A DNA stretch of 60,923 bases, counting the filler, from Jimgerdemannia flammicorona (lineage: Eukaryota): NCBI GenBank assembly GCA_003990765.1. It is 2 parts of 2 records of this genome, joined end to end, with 100 filler letters (N's around TTAATTAATTAA, not from the genome) between each part and the next. Parts side by side here need not be neighbours in the genome. Positions count along the whole stretch, not along the records: positions 1 to 30,428 come from RBNJ01000444.1; 1 more part is not named here. One strand, 5' to 3'. A model generated the notes under the pieces. That model was given only the letters and a program-made list of their open reading frames with translations, was not told where the DNA came from and did not search any database. The translations under genes were made by a program, and so were the position numbers. Positions 10,202-24,960 of this stretch are shown here, one piece after another; positions within the stretch are counted from its first letter, which is position 1; each line of letters opens with the position of its first letter.

Positions 10202-11399
10202 CTTCAATTCAAAGCTCTAAAATATATTTGTCAGTAAACAGAATAATAGAATACCACCTTTCTCTTATATACTTATTAACAGTATATATCTCAATCCCTT
10301 TATCATATATATTATATCAACTAGATAGCTAATTACTATCTAGTATTTGGCTAATACTATCTTATCTCTATTAGTATAATAATTAAAGATAATAATAGTT
10401 ATTAAGTTCTTTAGGTCTTTACTCTTATCTGGATGAAATTTTAGCTATCTCTATTCAGACTTACAAGATATCAATATTATATAATACTATGATCAGAATA
10501 GCTATATCTGAAACCATAGTACATATATGTATATCTCTAACTCATTATTACCTAGATATGGATCAATTTGAATATTACAGTACTACTAAAAGATATCTAG
10601 AAAGTAATACTGAAACAGTCTATACAGATATTCAAACAGTAGTATAAGTCTCTAGTAGCTACTAAGTGAGTCTTTCTTATATTTAGTAATATATGATAGA
10701 GATCACAAAATAGCTTTAGTAGATTATTCTATTATTTCTATTATAAAAGAGTTACTTATTAAAGTATCATTACATAGTTTTGAGAGAGTTTTCTAAAAGT
10801 TCTAGATATTCTGGAAGACTATTTTCTTTGAGGTCAAGATTAATTTCATATAAAGTATATCCTCTATACTTATTAATTTCAAGATTAAATTAATGTCTCA
10901 ACTAAAGTCCTTTTTTGAACTAGTTCTGAATGTTCAGAATTTTCTATATTTCAGAAAGTTTAAAAAACTAAAACTAGCTTAGTTGAATCAGTATATTACT
11001 ACAGATAATATCTAATTAGAAAATTTCAGAATTTAGTTAAAAGAGAGATCTAATAGAGTATGAATTTACTTAAAAGTAGTTTGTGGGTTATTAGATAGAT
11101 TTATTTACTATTCATGATATTGCTATACTAGAAGTAGTTATATAAAGAGATATTTGTATGAGGAAAAGTATTTATCTGGATTCTTATCTATTTTTATCTA
11201 TTTAAGTCTGAGTTTTTAAGATCTGGAGGAGTAGGTATTTATACTAATGAGGGGCTATCTGGACTATGCTAAATATGGATATAGCACTTAATACTTTGAT
11301 AAGTCAGAATGCAGTTATATAGTATAAGTATGAACTGATATATGTATATATCAAGAGATCATCTAACTACTGAGTCAGTATGTAGTTATATTATATAAG

Positions 11400-12547
11400 A
11401 CTAATCTAACTATACTAATAACTGTTAGACTATCTATAGATTTAGATACTGTCTGAGTATTCTTCAATGAGATCACTATCAATGATATTATCTCTAATGA
11501 AGTAGTTATCTAAAAAGAGCAGTTCTTGGATTATACATATCTTCTTATTTATTTATATAATAGTATATTGGAACCATATCACTGTTCTATAGGATAGTAT
11601 CATCTATCTCATATACTGAGTAAGGTGTTGGTGGGCAGAGAAGAGGTATATTGTCTTCACTTTTATCAGATTTGCTATCTGCATATCTTTGGTAGATTAT
11701 AGTACTATATATTATAGAGTTATAGTAAGCTAATAGCTATGGTTTGTTTTATGTATTTATATTCAGAAGATAGAGTTGTTGGTTTAATCTCAAGAGTTGT
11801 CTAGAGATATAGATTGTATTCTCTGGTCTCTTTATTATAGTTGAAGTAATTAGGTATAAATGTAGATTGATACTTATACTAGTGGTCATTGTCTCAATAG
11901 ATCTTATAGATAGTTATAAACTGTTGTAAGTTTATTAGCAGAATTGGTGAGATAATCAGAATTGATAGAGATTCTTAGCTAGAGGTCATGTTGGTATTGG
12001 AGGAATTATTATCTTCTATATTATCATTATTGAACTGAATTATATTATAAATATCTTTTATGATATATCTAACTTGGGGCATTTGTAGGATATGATTATC
12101 AGGATAAAAAAAGAATCTATCTATAGTTTGAATATACTTAATATACATATAGTTGAGTTCTTATATCATATTATCAATTTGGCCATAAGACAGAATGACA
12201 ATTATTTCAGTAGTAGCAACTTGGAGATAGGAAATAAAGGTGTTATACTTGTAAAAGAGTTCTTAATATTTATAGACAATGAGTTTCTAATGTTAAGACA
12301 TCTGAGTAATATTTATATCATAGTGATGTTCAACTATATCTTCAAAGAGATAGTCAATCTAGTAGTAGTTTGAGATTTGTCTGATTTGATAGACTTTGCT
12401 AAATATGTTTAGAGTATTTTATTGAGCTTCTATGAAATAGAGGAGTACCAGGCTATGGATATTCATAAAGGGTAGGAGAGGTGTGGCTTGGTTGATAATA
12501 GTATTCCAAATGTCAGTATAGATATGGTTGTAGATCTCAGTAGTCAT
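11400..12547 (-). pseudogene. Family B accessory ORF3 (decayed), largely inside the LTR
   Basis: Homologous to 3611->2995 (MTTKIYNHICTDIWN...YYxIGYLL...IARKHQEFF...); the 3' end is approximate. Confidence 0.6.
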
Positions 12548-12659
12548 AGTTGTGTATATATTTAAAAAATATAGTTGTTTGTTTTGATTTATTATAGTTC
12601 TTTATTTCAATATATGTATGGTATTTTTAATATATGTATATACATATGTACATTTGTGG

Positions 12660-15600
12660 GTCTTCTCCTTTATTGATGATAAAGAAGACTAGTATATTAT
12701 AGAGTAATATATATACTAGATCTGATGAAACCTTATTCTAAAAGTTTATCAATTTTCTTCTTAAGTGTGTCAATTTCTCTAGAAGATATATGGTAGATTG
12801 ACTTGAAGCCTGGCTTAGTATCTAGGATAGTCTTAATTATATAGTCAACTACTTATTTAGGTGATAGACCTTTTGAGAGTTTCTTTGGAAATATGTCTCA
12901 GAATTTCTAGAGTAGGAGTCTAATATAACTATCAACTTTGGAAAAGTCTTCTTCAAGATTCTCAGGTTCTCCTTTAGATAGCCATATAGAGATAGCAAAG
13001 AGAGAATATTTTTTGACTAGTTTCTTGAGTTGTAGCTTATTGATATGGGTGATCTTTGAGCCTGAATTGCTAGAACTGAGTAGGTCTTTTTTGTCTTATG
13101 TACATAGTTTGAAATTGTGGCATTCTTTCTTAATAGTTAGAGAATGGTTTACTCAATTGATCATAAGGTTCTCTTGCTTTAACCATGATGTCTCAAAGAT
13201 GATCTCATTGTCAGAAAGTAATATAATTTGCAGAGTAATATATATCTAGTAGTTACCAATTCTGAAGAGTAGATTATAGACTTTCTTGCTAATGATGTAT
13301 GAGATTCTGTTTGCTGTTTCTTCATTAATGAAATTGTCTGAGATATTACTGTCTATCATGATCTTGATGAGTACTTAATTAACAAAAGCTTAGAGAGTAA
13401 GTAGTTTGTCTGATCTAATGGTGGTAATTTCAGTTATAGGAGATTTTCTTTCCTTTTGTTGATTCTTCTTTAGGCTAGTTTATTAATACAAGAGAAGTAA
13501 TTATCAATTATTTGAGAAGAGTATATCACAATATTATGAGGGCATCAGTCACTTAGTACAAATCTATCTTTGATTTTTTTATAGAATTATTCCTTCTTAT
13601 TTGTAATAGATTGGACTGGGGTCTTGTTTGATAAGCCAAATCCTTTAGATCCTTAAATAGTAGGTAGTAGTTCAGAAACTTCCTTGACTATCAGAGTTGA
13701 TTTAATTTTCTTAAATAGGATCTAAGCAATATAATAATTAATAGAGATCTTGAATAGTATCCAACTATGGTTTTGAATAAAGATAATAATTTTGTCTATA
13801 TATATAATCTTTATCAATGACTTCTCCTTCTACTGAGAGTCCTTTTAATACTAGACTATTGTAACAACATATTCTTCCAACATATTCTTCAGGAATTTGA
13901 ATACTAATTCCTATATAGACTTGCTTGACTTCTTGGTTGAAAACTGTAACTTATTCAGATTACATCTAGCTGTTTTTTGGCTTTCTTTTATTGGGCCATA
14001 GCTGTTGTTCTTAACTTGACAAAGTTTAGTATCTTGGTAATCAGATTGTTGAGATGATGCAGAGTAGTAACAGTAGCTTAAGTTATAGTATGGAGTTTTT
14101 GATTAGGGCAAACACTGACTATATATCTCATCTTTCAGCAATAGAAGTATGCTCTGTTTTTTCTGAGTTTATTTCTTTCTCCTTCAGTGAGTTTCTTGGT
14201 TGAGTAGGTTCTGGATTTCAAGATATCTATAAGATAGATATAGAGAGAGCTTAGGATACTTCATACTTGGGTTCTTCTTTATTGGTCTAAGATTTTTCCT
14301 TATTATTAAATTGTCTTCAAGGCAGAATTGATTCAGCTGTTAGAATTTGCTTAATCATAGTCTTAATTCTTACCAGGCACTATTATTAGTAATCACAACC
14401 AACTGAGTATTCTTATTCTCAGATCTTTCTTATGAGTCATTCTAGTAATATATCAAATAAATGGTCTGCTCTTATATTATTTCTTACTTCATCATTGATA
14501 ATATATCCTAGACCAACAGTGTTCAAGAATGACTTGAGTTTTATATAGAAGATTTCAAATTCCTCTTTACTATATATATTAAATTTGAGATTGTAGAGTT
14601 TTACTCAGGATTCAGCAATCAGGGTTTCACTATAATATTGAGCAATTATGAGTTGTTTGAGTCCAGGAGCTACAGGGTGGTCTTCATATCCTACAGTATT
14701 ATTTGTTATATTTTAGATAATGACTATCAGTCAGGTGTCTCATATGAGGGGTTTTTCAGAAAGTATTTATCACTATTCTTCAGCAAGTTCTTGGAAGAAT
14801 GTAATAACTCAATAGATATAAGTCATAGTAGTAGCAAAGAGTTGTTTGATAGTATAGTCTTAATTATTTGTCAGAAAGCAATCAGCAACTTATTTATTAG
14901 TCTATTGATTGGCTTCAAAATTAATATCAACTATACTAATAAAGCTTTAGACTTCTTATATAGTATCATTAAAGATAGATAGACTCTGACTTTTTGTTAG
15001 TTAGGTCTGTTTAGCTAGAGTAGTAATAGTTGCTACCATTATAGCTATCTGGGCCATAAGATCTAGAATTTATTAGTTTATCATATTATTTACTGAAGAT
15101 AGTTGGACTATTAGTAGTAGGGTTACTAGTATGACTTGAGATACTAGTGTAGAGTACTTTAAGTCTATATAAGTTACTGAAGTAACTATTGTAGATCTAG
15201 TATAAGGGCTTAAGATAACTGTCTGTTGTTCTGTGGGTATATTTTGTCCTGAGGTAGATATGTCTTCTTTGACAGTATAATTAGGATCAAATTCAGTGAG
15301 ATATTTCTTCTCCTCTTCACTTAGGTTCCTATATAATTGGGTTTATTTAGTATTGAAGTAGATAGTATCAGTTATATATCAAATTTCAGATAGACTTAAA
15401 TCAAGAGCTAGTTCTATCTCAGTATCAGTTTCAGTTATAGGTAAAGTTATAGTTAGGTCTATTTCTGGCTCAGAGTTAGATTATTGATAAAGAGTTTCTC
15501 TGATTTCTTCTTTAAGAATATAGTAGGCCTTGCAATTCTGGAAATAGTAATATAAGATAGTCTTAGTCCTGATATGGTGATAGTTAGTAGAGTTGACCTA

Positions 15601-15900
15601 CTTAGCTATAGAGGCTTGGGTTTCATGAGATACTAAGATTAGGAAGATAGCTGCCAGTTATTCTAAGTTGCTCAGATTTATAGAGCTTATGAAACTCTTA
15701 TTGAGAAGAGTAAAGAAGGCTTCTATAAGACCTTCTTTATCTTAACTTGTGAGGTATAGAGTAAGGAGTTTAGTATATAGGGTTTTACCTATTTACTGAT
15801 TTAATTAAAGTACTTCTTTTTATGAGTAAAGCCTGTCCCACTTATTATAGATATAGAGATCAAATTGTCCTTATACATTAGATTCAATTTGCTCTAGATT
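12660..15900 (-). pseudogene. B1 gag (CCHC ~14110-14155), dUTPase (~13635-14035), Zn module (~13475-13595), aspartic protease (~13200-13410), RT N-terminal stub
   Basis: Decayed motifs GLSVEGEVID and GSKGFG (dUTPase), IKIMIDSNISDNFI (protease), DIFPKKLSKGLSPK (RT start); many C>T stop codons. Confidence 0.8.
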
Positions 15901-18338
15901 GTCAGATGATTTATGAATAAATTCCCGTTCAGAGGTTGAGCTTTATACTAACTTATAAGAATTCCAATAAGAGGTTGTAGCTAGATGAGAAAGCATTTTA
16001 AAGTAAAATTGGATTATAAACTACTACTATTAAGTTATAAGAGAGTTACTTATTAAAGTATTATTACATAGTTCTGGAAGAGTTTTCTAAAAGTTCTGAA
16101 TATTCTGGAAGACTATTTTCTTTAAGATTAAGATTAATTTCATAGAGTATATTCTCTATGCTTATTGATTTCAAGATTAGATTGATATCTCAACTAAAGT
16201 CTTTTTTCAGACTAGTTCTAGATGTTTGGAATTTTTCATATTTTAGGAAGTTTAAGAAACTAACACTAGCTTAATTGAATTAGCATATTACTATAGATAA
16301 TACTTAATTAGAAAATTTTAGAATTTAGTTAGAAGTGAGATCTAATAGGATGTAGATTTACTTAAGAGTAGTTTGTGAGTTATTAGATAGATTTATATAC
16401 TATTCATAATATTGCTATATTAGTAGATAGTTGTGTGAAGGGATATTTGTATAAGGGAAAGTGTTTATCTGGGTTCTTATCTATTCTTATCTATTTGAGT
16501 CTGAGTTTCTAAGATCTGGAAGAGTGGGTATTTATACTAATGAGAAGCTATCTAAACTATACTAAATATAGATATAGTACTTAGTACTTTGATGAGTCAG
16601 AATGCAGTCATATAGTACAAGTGTGAACTGATATATTAAGAGATTTTCTGACTACTGAGTCAGTATACAATATAATAGTGACCTCAGAATAATGACATCA
16701 GTATAGGAGACAGCCTTTCCTTATAAGCCATCAGATCAGAGTATAAGAAGATTATATAGCATGACTTACTCAGACTACAAGATGAGCAATGATAACTAAC
16801 TGTGAGTCATTGTGACTATAAGATAGATATCTTGAGGAATATAAAAGAAGAATCAAGAAACCACAGTAGCAGCAATCCAAACAAAGCTCACAGAAATAGT
16901 TCAAAAGACTTACCACAAATAAAATGTCTGCTGCTCACCAAACCTTAAGATCCAGGAACCACTAAGGCCTCTTAGTCTAGAAAAGGATATTCTAAGACAT
17001 CTGAAGAGCCATAAGGATCTACACTACAAGGACTCCTAGTATCAATCTGGGTACTGGTGACCCTTATCATTATATTCTCTACTGTTGAGAAATGGAAACA
17101 AGAATCACTATTGCTACCAAATGTCTCCAGATGTGGTAAGAATATGAAATTCTGCTGGAAATTCTCTCAAGTTAGCCCTCAAGAGCTATAAGATACCACT
17201 CTTATAGATATATATGAAATAAGGATAGCCAAGAAGATTCATTAGATCTTCAGGCATACACCATGGTCAATTTCCAACTTAGAGTATACCAGAGTCTCAG
17301 ACTTCAGAGATCTGTCAGCTTGTTATATCAATATACTAGAAGTCATAATAGCTATAGAGGTCCAGTCTACTATCACCCTCAATAGTGATAAGATAGAAGA
17401 GTTCTGGTATTCCATCCTCCAGAACAATTCAGATCAGTTTCTGCAAGGATTGATCTCAGTATTCCAAGGCCCCAGCATCCAGGTTAGACCTCTCCAAGAC
17501 TCCACATTTGTTCCTTATTTTGTAGAAGAGAATGTCATAGATTGGAGAGCCCTTGCCACTGCCAAATGTGATGATGTCATTAGTGATGATACATATCATC
17601 ACACACAACATATATGAAATGTACAATCTATGCAACAAGATAGACAAAATATACATAGATCTTATCTCCTTCAGTAATGATAAGAATGAAACCCCCATGG
17701 TTCTGAACATTCTACTTTAAAGTTCTTGGTGATACCAAATTCTGCCAGCATTCTTTTCTAGTATAACAATTAATCCTTCTACTGGTATTCTGATCTTATA
17801 TAACTCAGAATTCTTCTAGCATTCTTTTCCTATACTACCAAATTCTACCAGTACTCTGAACTTATGCAACAATACTAGAATCTGTACCAATAACTATAGT
17901 TTTCTATGTTCTAGTATTTTATTTGGTTATTGAAATTTATACTTAGCTTTATATCTTAGCAACTATTGAATTATATTTTATATAAATACCCCTCTTATTT
18001 CCTTCAAAATAAAGTCAGTTCTAGTTCACTTACTCTCAATTCTATACAATTAATATAAGAGATAATAAGACAGTTTAAAAATAAGAAGTTTGAGAACTAT
18101 AAGATCTTAGGAAGGTACTCTAATAAGAACTTGCTTATAAAAAACTTGAGTTAGTCTAAGAGATATACTTTGAAGAGAATCTGATGTATTTGAAGAACTC
18201 AGTAACCACTATATGACAACTTGGTGCCTATTGACTGGTGATTCAAGATGAATCCCTCACTTTCAAGCTGAAAAATGAACAACTACCACAATAACTACCC
18301 TGACTACAAGAGTTACCCCTGCAAGAACTCAAGACAAG

Positions 18339-21300
18339 ATGGAAATGCATCTCTCTACATTCTATAAATATACTACTGAAGAGTCAATCCTGATCTTTAT
18401 TAAAGACTTTGAACAATTTGCCACTGTATGAGCCCTCAACATGGATGCACAATTGGCCCTTCTACCAGTTAGCCTCAGAGGATCTACCAGAGACAAGTTC
18501 AATATAGTCACCATTGCTAATACTAGTGCAGCCAGACTTATCAATATGTATAAAGACCTTCCTCAAAACTATATACTATACTGAAGAGATTAAGCGAGCT
18601 CTCAAGGATCAACTTAACACTATCTGCCAGAGACTTAGTAAAGATCCTAACTCATTTTATACCTGAATCTATCACCAGATTGTCTTGGCTGGCTATGATG
18701 ACTACCTCAAGGAACAAATAGTGGATTCAACCTTTCTCAAAGAAGTTTACTCTGAAATTGTCCTAGCAATCTAGTCTACCCCAGCTGCACTGACTCTTGA
18801 TCAGAAAGTGGTCTTTACACAGAGATATTAAACTGCCAGATACTCTGCTGAATACTCAATGGAGAAAATAACTGGCATCAAGATGGAGCCATCAAAGCCA
18901 ACTAGTATCATACCCACCACAGTTATAAACAGATAACTATCTCTACCTACTTCTAAGGCAGCCAAAGCTGATCCAGTAGAGGAACTCACCAAGTAGTTTG
19001 CCAAGATGACTATACACCTTGGTGATATTGTTAGAGAAGTCCAAAGTACCAACAGGAGACCAGTACAGAGATTTGCAGCTGCTACAGAAGAATGCAATAT
19101 CACATACTTCAGATATAGAGAAGAAGACCACTATACAAAGAGTTGCATGACTGAAACAAGACACAAAACCCAACCAAGTAATATTACCAGAACTAGAGAA
19201 CAAACCAATGCAGTAGTCATCAAAGAGATTGGTGATACTGATGATGAAGAATACTATGAAGAGTCTAAATTCTGCCCTGTCACTGAAGATGCCAGAACTC
19301 AGTCCAAGCCCTATGATGGGAAGAGCAACTACAAGCCAGTTGGAAGACCAAAGAAGACCCCAGCTATCACTATTTAAAGTAAGACCCAACCTAAGGAGAT
19401 TGATCAAGATATAGAGTTAGATAAAGCTGCCTACCAAATTATTGAAGGCACTACTCCAGTCTCAGGAGAAAGTAAAAGCAAGAAGAAATAGAAGCTATAC
19501 AAGACTAAGATCTACTAGTATAATATCTACAAGAACCTCAAGAAACAGAAGGTCAATGCTACTTTTGGACAACTAGCCAAAGTCTCTGCCTTTAGACAGC
19601 AGTTGAGAGTAGGACTTACAACCACTATCAAGAACTAAGAATACAAGATCATAGAAGCTCACAATATACAAAAAGATGATCAAAAAGACTTAGGTGAAGA
19701 ATCTGAAGACCAGCACAAAAAATCAGCCTATATTCTATATCAGATTGAAGATTATATCTTTGATACCATCATTGATACCAGTGCTGAAGGATGCCTCATG
19801 AGCAAGAAGACAATTGACTGCCTAGGCTGGGATATTGAAGAGTCCACCAAGATAGTCTATGTTATAGCAGATGGTACATAAGCTACCCCCCTTAGTAAAA
19901 TCTGATAAGATAGGAGGAGCTACTATCTCAGTAGATATGATTGTTATAAGCACTACTAATTATGACATCCTCATTGGCAACCAATGGCTTCACAAGGCCA
20001 GAGCCATCATTGACCTCAATACTCAGAAGATGCAGATCAACTATAGAGGAAGAAAGGTATGAGTCTCTATCAATATTCACAAAGGAGTTCTACCAGACAT
20101 AGAGGAAGGAGATAAAGAGGACACAGAAGTCTTCATATACTTAGTGAACAAGAACAAGAACAAGACACCCAAGCTTACAGATAAGCAGTAGTACAACAAG
20201 ATCATTGATAGCTATACCCCTCAAGGAAGATGCCTCTATAGTACTAGGATATACTGCTCTGAACACCTGAATGACTGCTGGTCCTATATCAGTGAAGTCA
20301 GGAAAATCTGCCAACAGAAGTATGAGCAAGAAGCTGCTGAAGTAAAAAGGAAAGCTGAAGAAGATGACTAGCCCCCAGAGCTTCAAGCTGACAGTGATAA
20401 TGAGGAGGAACAAGAACTAGACATCATCCTCAAGATCAAGAAGTTTTACCCTGAAGCTAAGATCCCAGAATACAAGACTGAAGGAGCCATAAGAATGGAC
20501 CTTGCCAGTATTCAAGATGCTACCCTCAAACTACAGACCACTACTCTACTTGGTACCAGAACTGGAGTCAAGTTGCCAGAGAACTATACTGGAATTATCA
20601 AGACCAGGAGTAGTCTGGCCAAAAGTAAAATCTCAGTTAAAGAAGGAGTAATTGACCCTAATTATACTGGTGAGATCTTTCTCATAGTCAGGAATCACAA
20701 CCCCACCCCATTTGAAGTCAAGAAGTATGACAGGATTGGCCAGATGCTGATCCATAAAATCAAGAAGCCCAAGATCACTAAAGCCATCAAACTCATCAAG
20801 ACTAAGAGAGAAGAACAAGGCTTTGGATCTACTAGAAGAGGAGTCTATACTACCACCAAGATTACCAAACTTGAGTATAAGAAAGACAAGAACCAGAATA
20901 AGTACACATATACCATTAGAGAAAACTTTCTCTTAGAAGAACAAATTCTCAAGATCCTATACCAGAATGAAGAAGTACTTACTACAAACTTCAGAGATAT
21001 CCACAATCAAGAACCTAAGTACTATCATAAAGTTGACACCAGTGATACCAAGCCCATCTACCAAAAGGCCAGATCTATACCACCTGCCTACAGAGAAAGA
21101 CTGCAAGCAGAACTCAAGAAAATAGAAGAAGCTAGAATCATCAAGCAAGCTATCAGTCTCTGGGCTTCACTCATTGTCCTTGCCCCAAAGAAAGGAAGCA
21201 AGTCTGGAGAGTTTGCCCCAAGACTCTGTATTAACTACAGAAAGCTCAATACAATCATCAAGAAAGATAGGCAGCCCTTACCAAATATTTCAGAAATTCT

Positions 21301-23586
21301 TACCACTCTTGGAAGTAAAGCCAAATACTATACTACCTTGGATCTGTTCTCAGGCTTCTATTAGATTAGTCTCACTCAAGATGCCAGTGAGAAATCAGCC
21401 TTTATTATACCTGATACCACCTATATCTACCTGCAAATGCCATTTGGAATATGTAATACCCCAGTAAGTTTTCAGCAAATGATGAACAGAGTCTTTAGCA
21501 ATGAGATTGAAAAATAGCTCTTTATATTGATGATGTAATCATTTTCAGTAATACTATATGGGAATATGTCAACTATATATAGCTAGTCCTCAAGAAGCTC
21601 AAGAACATGGCCTCTACATCAAGCCTAAGAAGTATAAGTTTGTAGCTCAGAAAATCACCTATCTAGGATACCTCATCAACCAGACTAGAATCTATACAAA
21701 CTCTATGAAGATTGAGGCTGTTGTAGCCTACCCAAGACTCAGAACAACCACAGAAGTCTATACCTTTCTTGAACTAGCCTCCTACTATAGACGATTCATC
21801 AAAGGATACTCTAATATTATATGTAGTGCCTATCTATAAGCTACTGAAGAAGGAAACCAAATTTGAATGGACCAAGGAATGCCAAGAAACCTTCAATGAA
21901 CTCAAGACCAGATTGATCCAAGCACTCATCCTCAGAAGATCAGATTGGAACCTAGAGTTCATCCTGCAGACAGATGCAAGTGCTATAGGACTTGGAGCAG
22001 TTCTAGCTCAGAAAAAAGATGGACATGAATATGTTATCTCCTATATAAGCCAAGGTAACCATGGAGCAAAACAGAACTATGAGTCATACAAGCTTGAATG
22101 CTTAGTAGTAGTTTGAGTAGTAGATAAGTTCCACTACTACCTAGCCAGGAAACACTTCACTATTCAAACAGATTATTCTGCTCTTGCCTGGCTATTCTAT
22201 ACTCTGAACCCCAAAGAAATATATGCCAGATGGATTTACAGGCTGCAAGAGTATGACTGTACTATCAAGCATCACTCAGAAAGAACTAATGTCAATACTG
22301 ATGCACTCTCAAGGATACCCTCATTAAGACTATTTAATATAAATAAAGAGTTATACTATGGATTAATCAGCTATCTTGGGCAGTAGAAGATGCCCAACCA
22401 TCTTAAACTCTGGACAATCACTATCATCAACTGGACTTGGAAACAGTTTGAACTAGACAACACTATACTCAGAAAAGGAGGAAAGCTTATAATATCTGAA
22501 CATAAGAAGTATCAAGTAATGAAGAAAGTATATAAACAAGGATATCTAGGAGAAATCAATATATATAACAAGGTAAGAAGAACTATGTGGTGGCCTAAGA
22601 TAGAAAAAGACCTGTACCAATTTGTCAAAGGGTGTGATAAGTACCAAAAACAGAAATAAGATCAATAAGACCAAGTACCTGAGTCATCAAGAATTGAGCC
22701 TATCTCCTTCCACTACATTGCAATAGATATCATTGGGCCACTACCAGTAATACTATCAGGAAACTGCTATATTATAGTTATTGTAGACCTCTTTATCAAA
22801 TAGATAGAAGCAGGAGCATTACAAGAAGCCAATGCCTTCTCTATAACTGACTTCCTATACTGAGAAATTATCTGCCACTATAAGACACTAAAGTAAATTA
22901 CTACAGACTGCAGCACAGAATTTGTCAATTGATTCCACAAGATAATATATTAGAAATATAAGATTTAGTATATCAAGACTACTATATACCACCCTCAAGG
23001 AAATAGATAGATAGAGAGAATCAACAAGACCCTCAAGAACATCCTAGTGAAGATCTCAGACATATATGAGAATTGAGATAACTATCTCCCAACTGCCCTC
23101 TCTGTCTTATGAGATATATAGTCACAGAGTACACACTTTACCCCAAGAGAACTGCTCTTCAGAGAAGAAGATTCTAATGAAACCTTAGCTACAAATCTAG
23201 ACCTAACTTGGAGATAGATTGACTCAGAAATCCAGAGACTATACAAAATCAGAAAGAAGGCTGAAGATTATATCATCAAGTTATAAGTATTGATAAAGAA
23301 GAATGCAGAAAAGAATTACAAGACCTTAGAATCCATCCAAATCAGAGAAAAGGTTCTACTGTATCAAAATATAGTAGAAGTCTCATAGTCATGAAAACTG
23401 GAGCCCAAATAAGAAGAACTCTTCTATATACAAGATATCAAGAGAACTACCTTCTGGCTTAGAAAACTCTCAGAGACCATACTACCTACCATAATATATA
23501 GAAACAGACTCAAGAAGTATCATAAACCTATATAAGAGAAGTAAAATATAATGACCACCTGCAAGGTTCTAGTCTACAAATCATAA
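18339..23586 (+). pseudogene. A2 single-frame gag-pol: CCHC, protease, Zn module, dUTPase (~20420-20845), RT, RNase H, integrase
   Basis: Motifs IIDTSA; GIIKTRSSLAK/GVIDPNYTGEI/GFGST; APRLCINYRKLN; LDLFSGF; MPFGICN; YIDD; LQTDASAIGLGAVL; DIIGPLP; YHPQGN. Confidence 0.95.
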
Positions 23587-23597
23587 CAGTATGTCCC

Positions 23598-24960
23598 ATG
23601 ATTAGCAAGCAATCTGTCTGGACCATTCTCTAAGGGATACAGCACTAGCAACTACTCATCTATGAGATTTTCAAAGCTAGAGGAGTTTGAACTATCAACT
23701 AATTAGTCAAGATCAGAATCAGGCCCTTACTTTATATAAAGAGAGTAACTCTTCACCATTACACCAAAATATATAGGAAAGATGCCAGCCTATAAATACT
23801 ACTTTTTAACCCCCTGCCAGAGGTTATGGGATCAGCAAATTTTTCAGGACTAAACCAATGAATAAGGACATTCAAGAAGATCCTTATTCAAGAGAAAGAT
23901 GTAATGATGATTTCAGAATAATAACATCAGTATGGGAGACAGGCTTTTCTTATAAGCCACTAGATCAGAGCACAAGAAGATTATATAGCATAACTCACCC
24001 AGGCTACAAGATGAGCAATAATGACCAATTGTGAGTCATTGTGACCACAAGACAGATATCTTGAGGAATATAAAAGAAGGATCAAGAAACCACAGTAGCA
24101 GTAATCCAAACAAAGCCTACAGAAATAGTTCAAAAGACTTACTACAAACAAAATACCTACCACTCACCAAACCTCAAGGTCTAGAAACCACCAAGGCCCC
24201 TCAGTCTAGAAAAGGATAATCTAAGACATTTAAAGAGCCATAAAGACTTACACCATAAGGACTCCTAGTGTCAACCTGAGTACTGGTGACTCTTATCATT
24301 ATATTCTCTACTACTAAGAAATGGAAACAAGAATCACTATTGCTACCAAATACCTCCAGATGTAATAAGAATATAAAATAGGAAACCTTCTCTGTCAGAA
24401 ATTCTCTCAAGCCAGCCCTTAAGAGCTATAAGATACCACTCCCATAGATATATATACATGAAATAAGGACAGCCAAGAAGATTTATCAGATCTTCAGGCA
24501 TGCACTATAGTTGATCCCCAACTTGAAGTATACTAGAGTCTCAGACTTTAGAGATCTGTTAGCCTGTTATATTAATATACTAGAAGCCATAATAGCTACA
24601 GAGGTTCAGTCTACTATCACCCTCAATAATGATGAGATAGAAGAGTTCTGATATCTCATTCTCTAGAAAAACTCAGATCAGTTCCTACAAGGATTGATCT
24701 CAACATTCCAAGGCCCCAGTATCCTGATTAGACCTCCTCAAGACTCTACATTTGTTCCTTATTTTGTAGAAGAGAATGTCATAGATTGGAGAGCCCCTGC
24801 CACTGCTGAATATGATGACATCATTGGTAATAATATCATCTCATATAATATATACAAAACACATGATCTATATGACAAGATAAATGAAATATTCACAGAT
24901 CTTATCTCCTTCAGTAATGATAAGAATGAAGCCTCTATGGTTCTGAACATTCTGTTATAA
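23598..24960 (+). pseudogene. A2 accessory ORF3, starting after integrase and reading through the PPT into the 3' LTR
   Basis: Frame MISKQSVWTIL...PLPEVMGSANFSGL...YLEEYKRRIKK...AKKIYQIFRH...IDWRAP...LISFSNDKNEASMVLNILL. Interrupted mainly by stops that revert to CAA/CAG/CGA, plus small indels. Confidence 0.7.

Noticed and set aside
13425..13475. Programmed -1 frameshift between the dUTPase/Zn module and the protease in family B
   Set aside because: B1 shows a -1 offset but B2 is in frame, so an ordinary indel is equally likely
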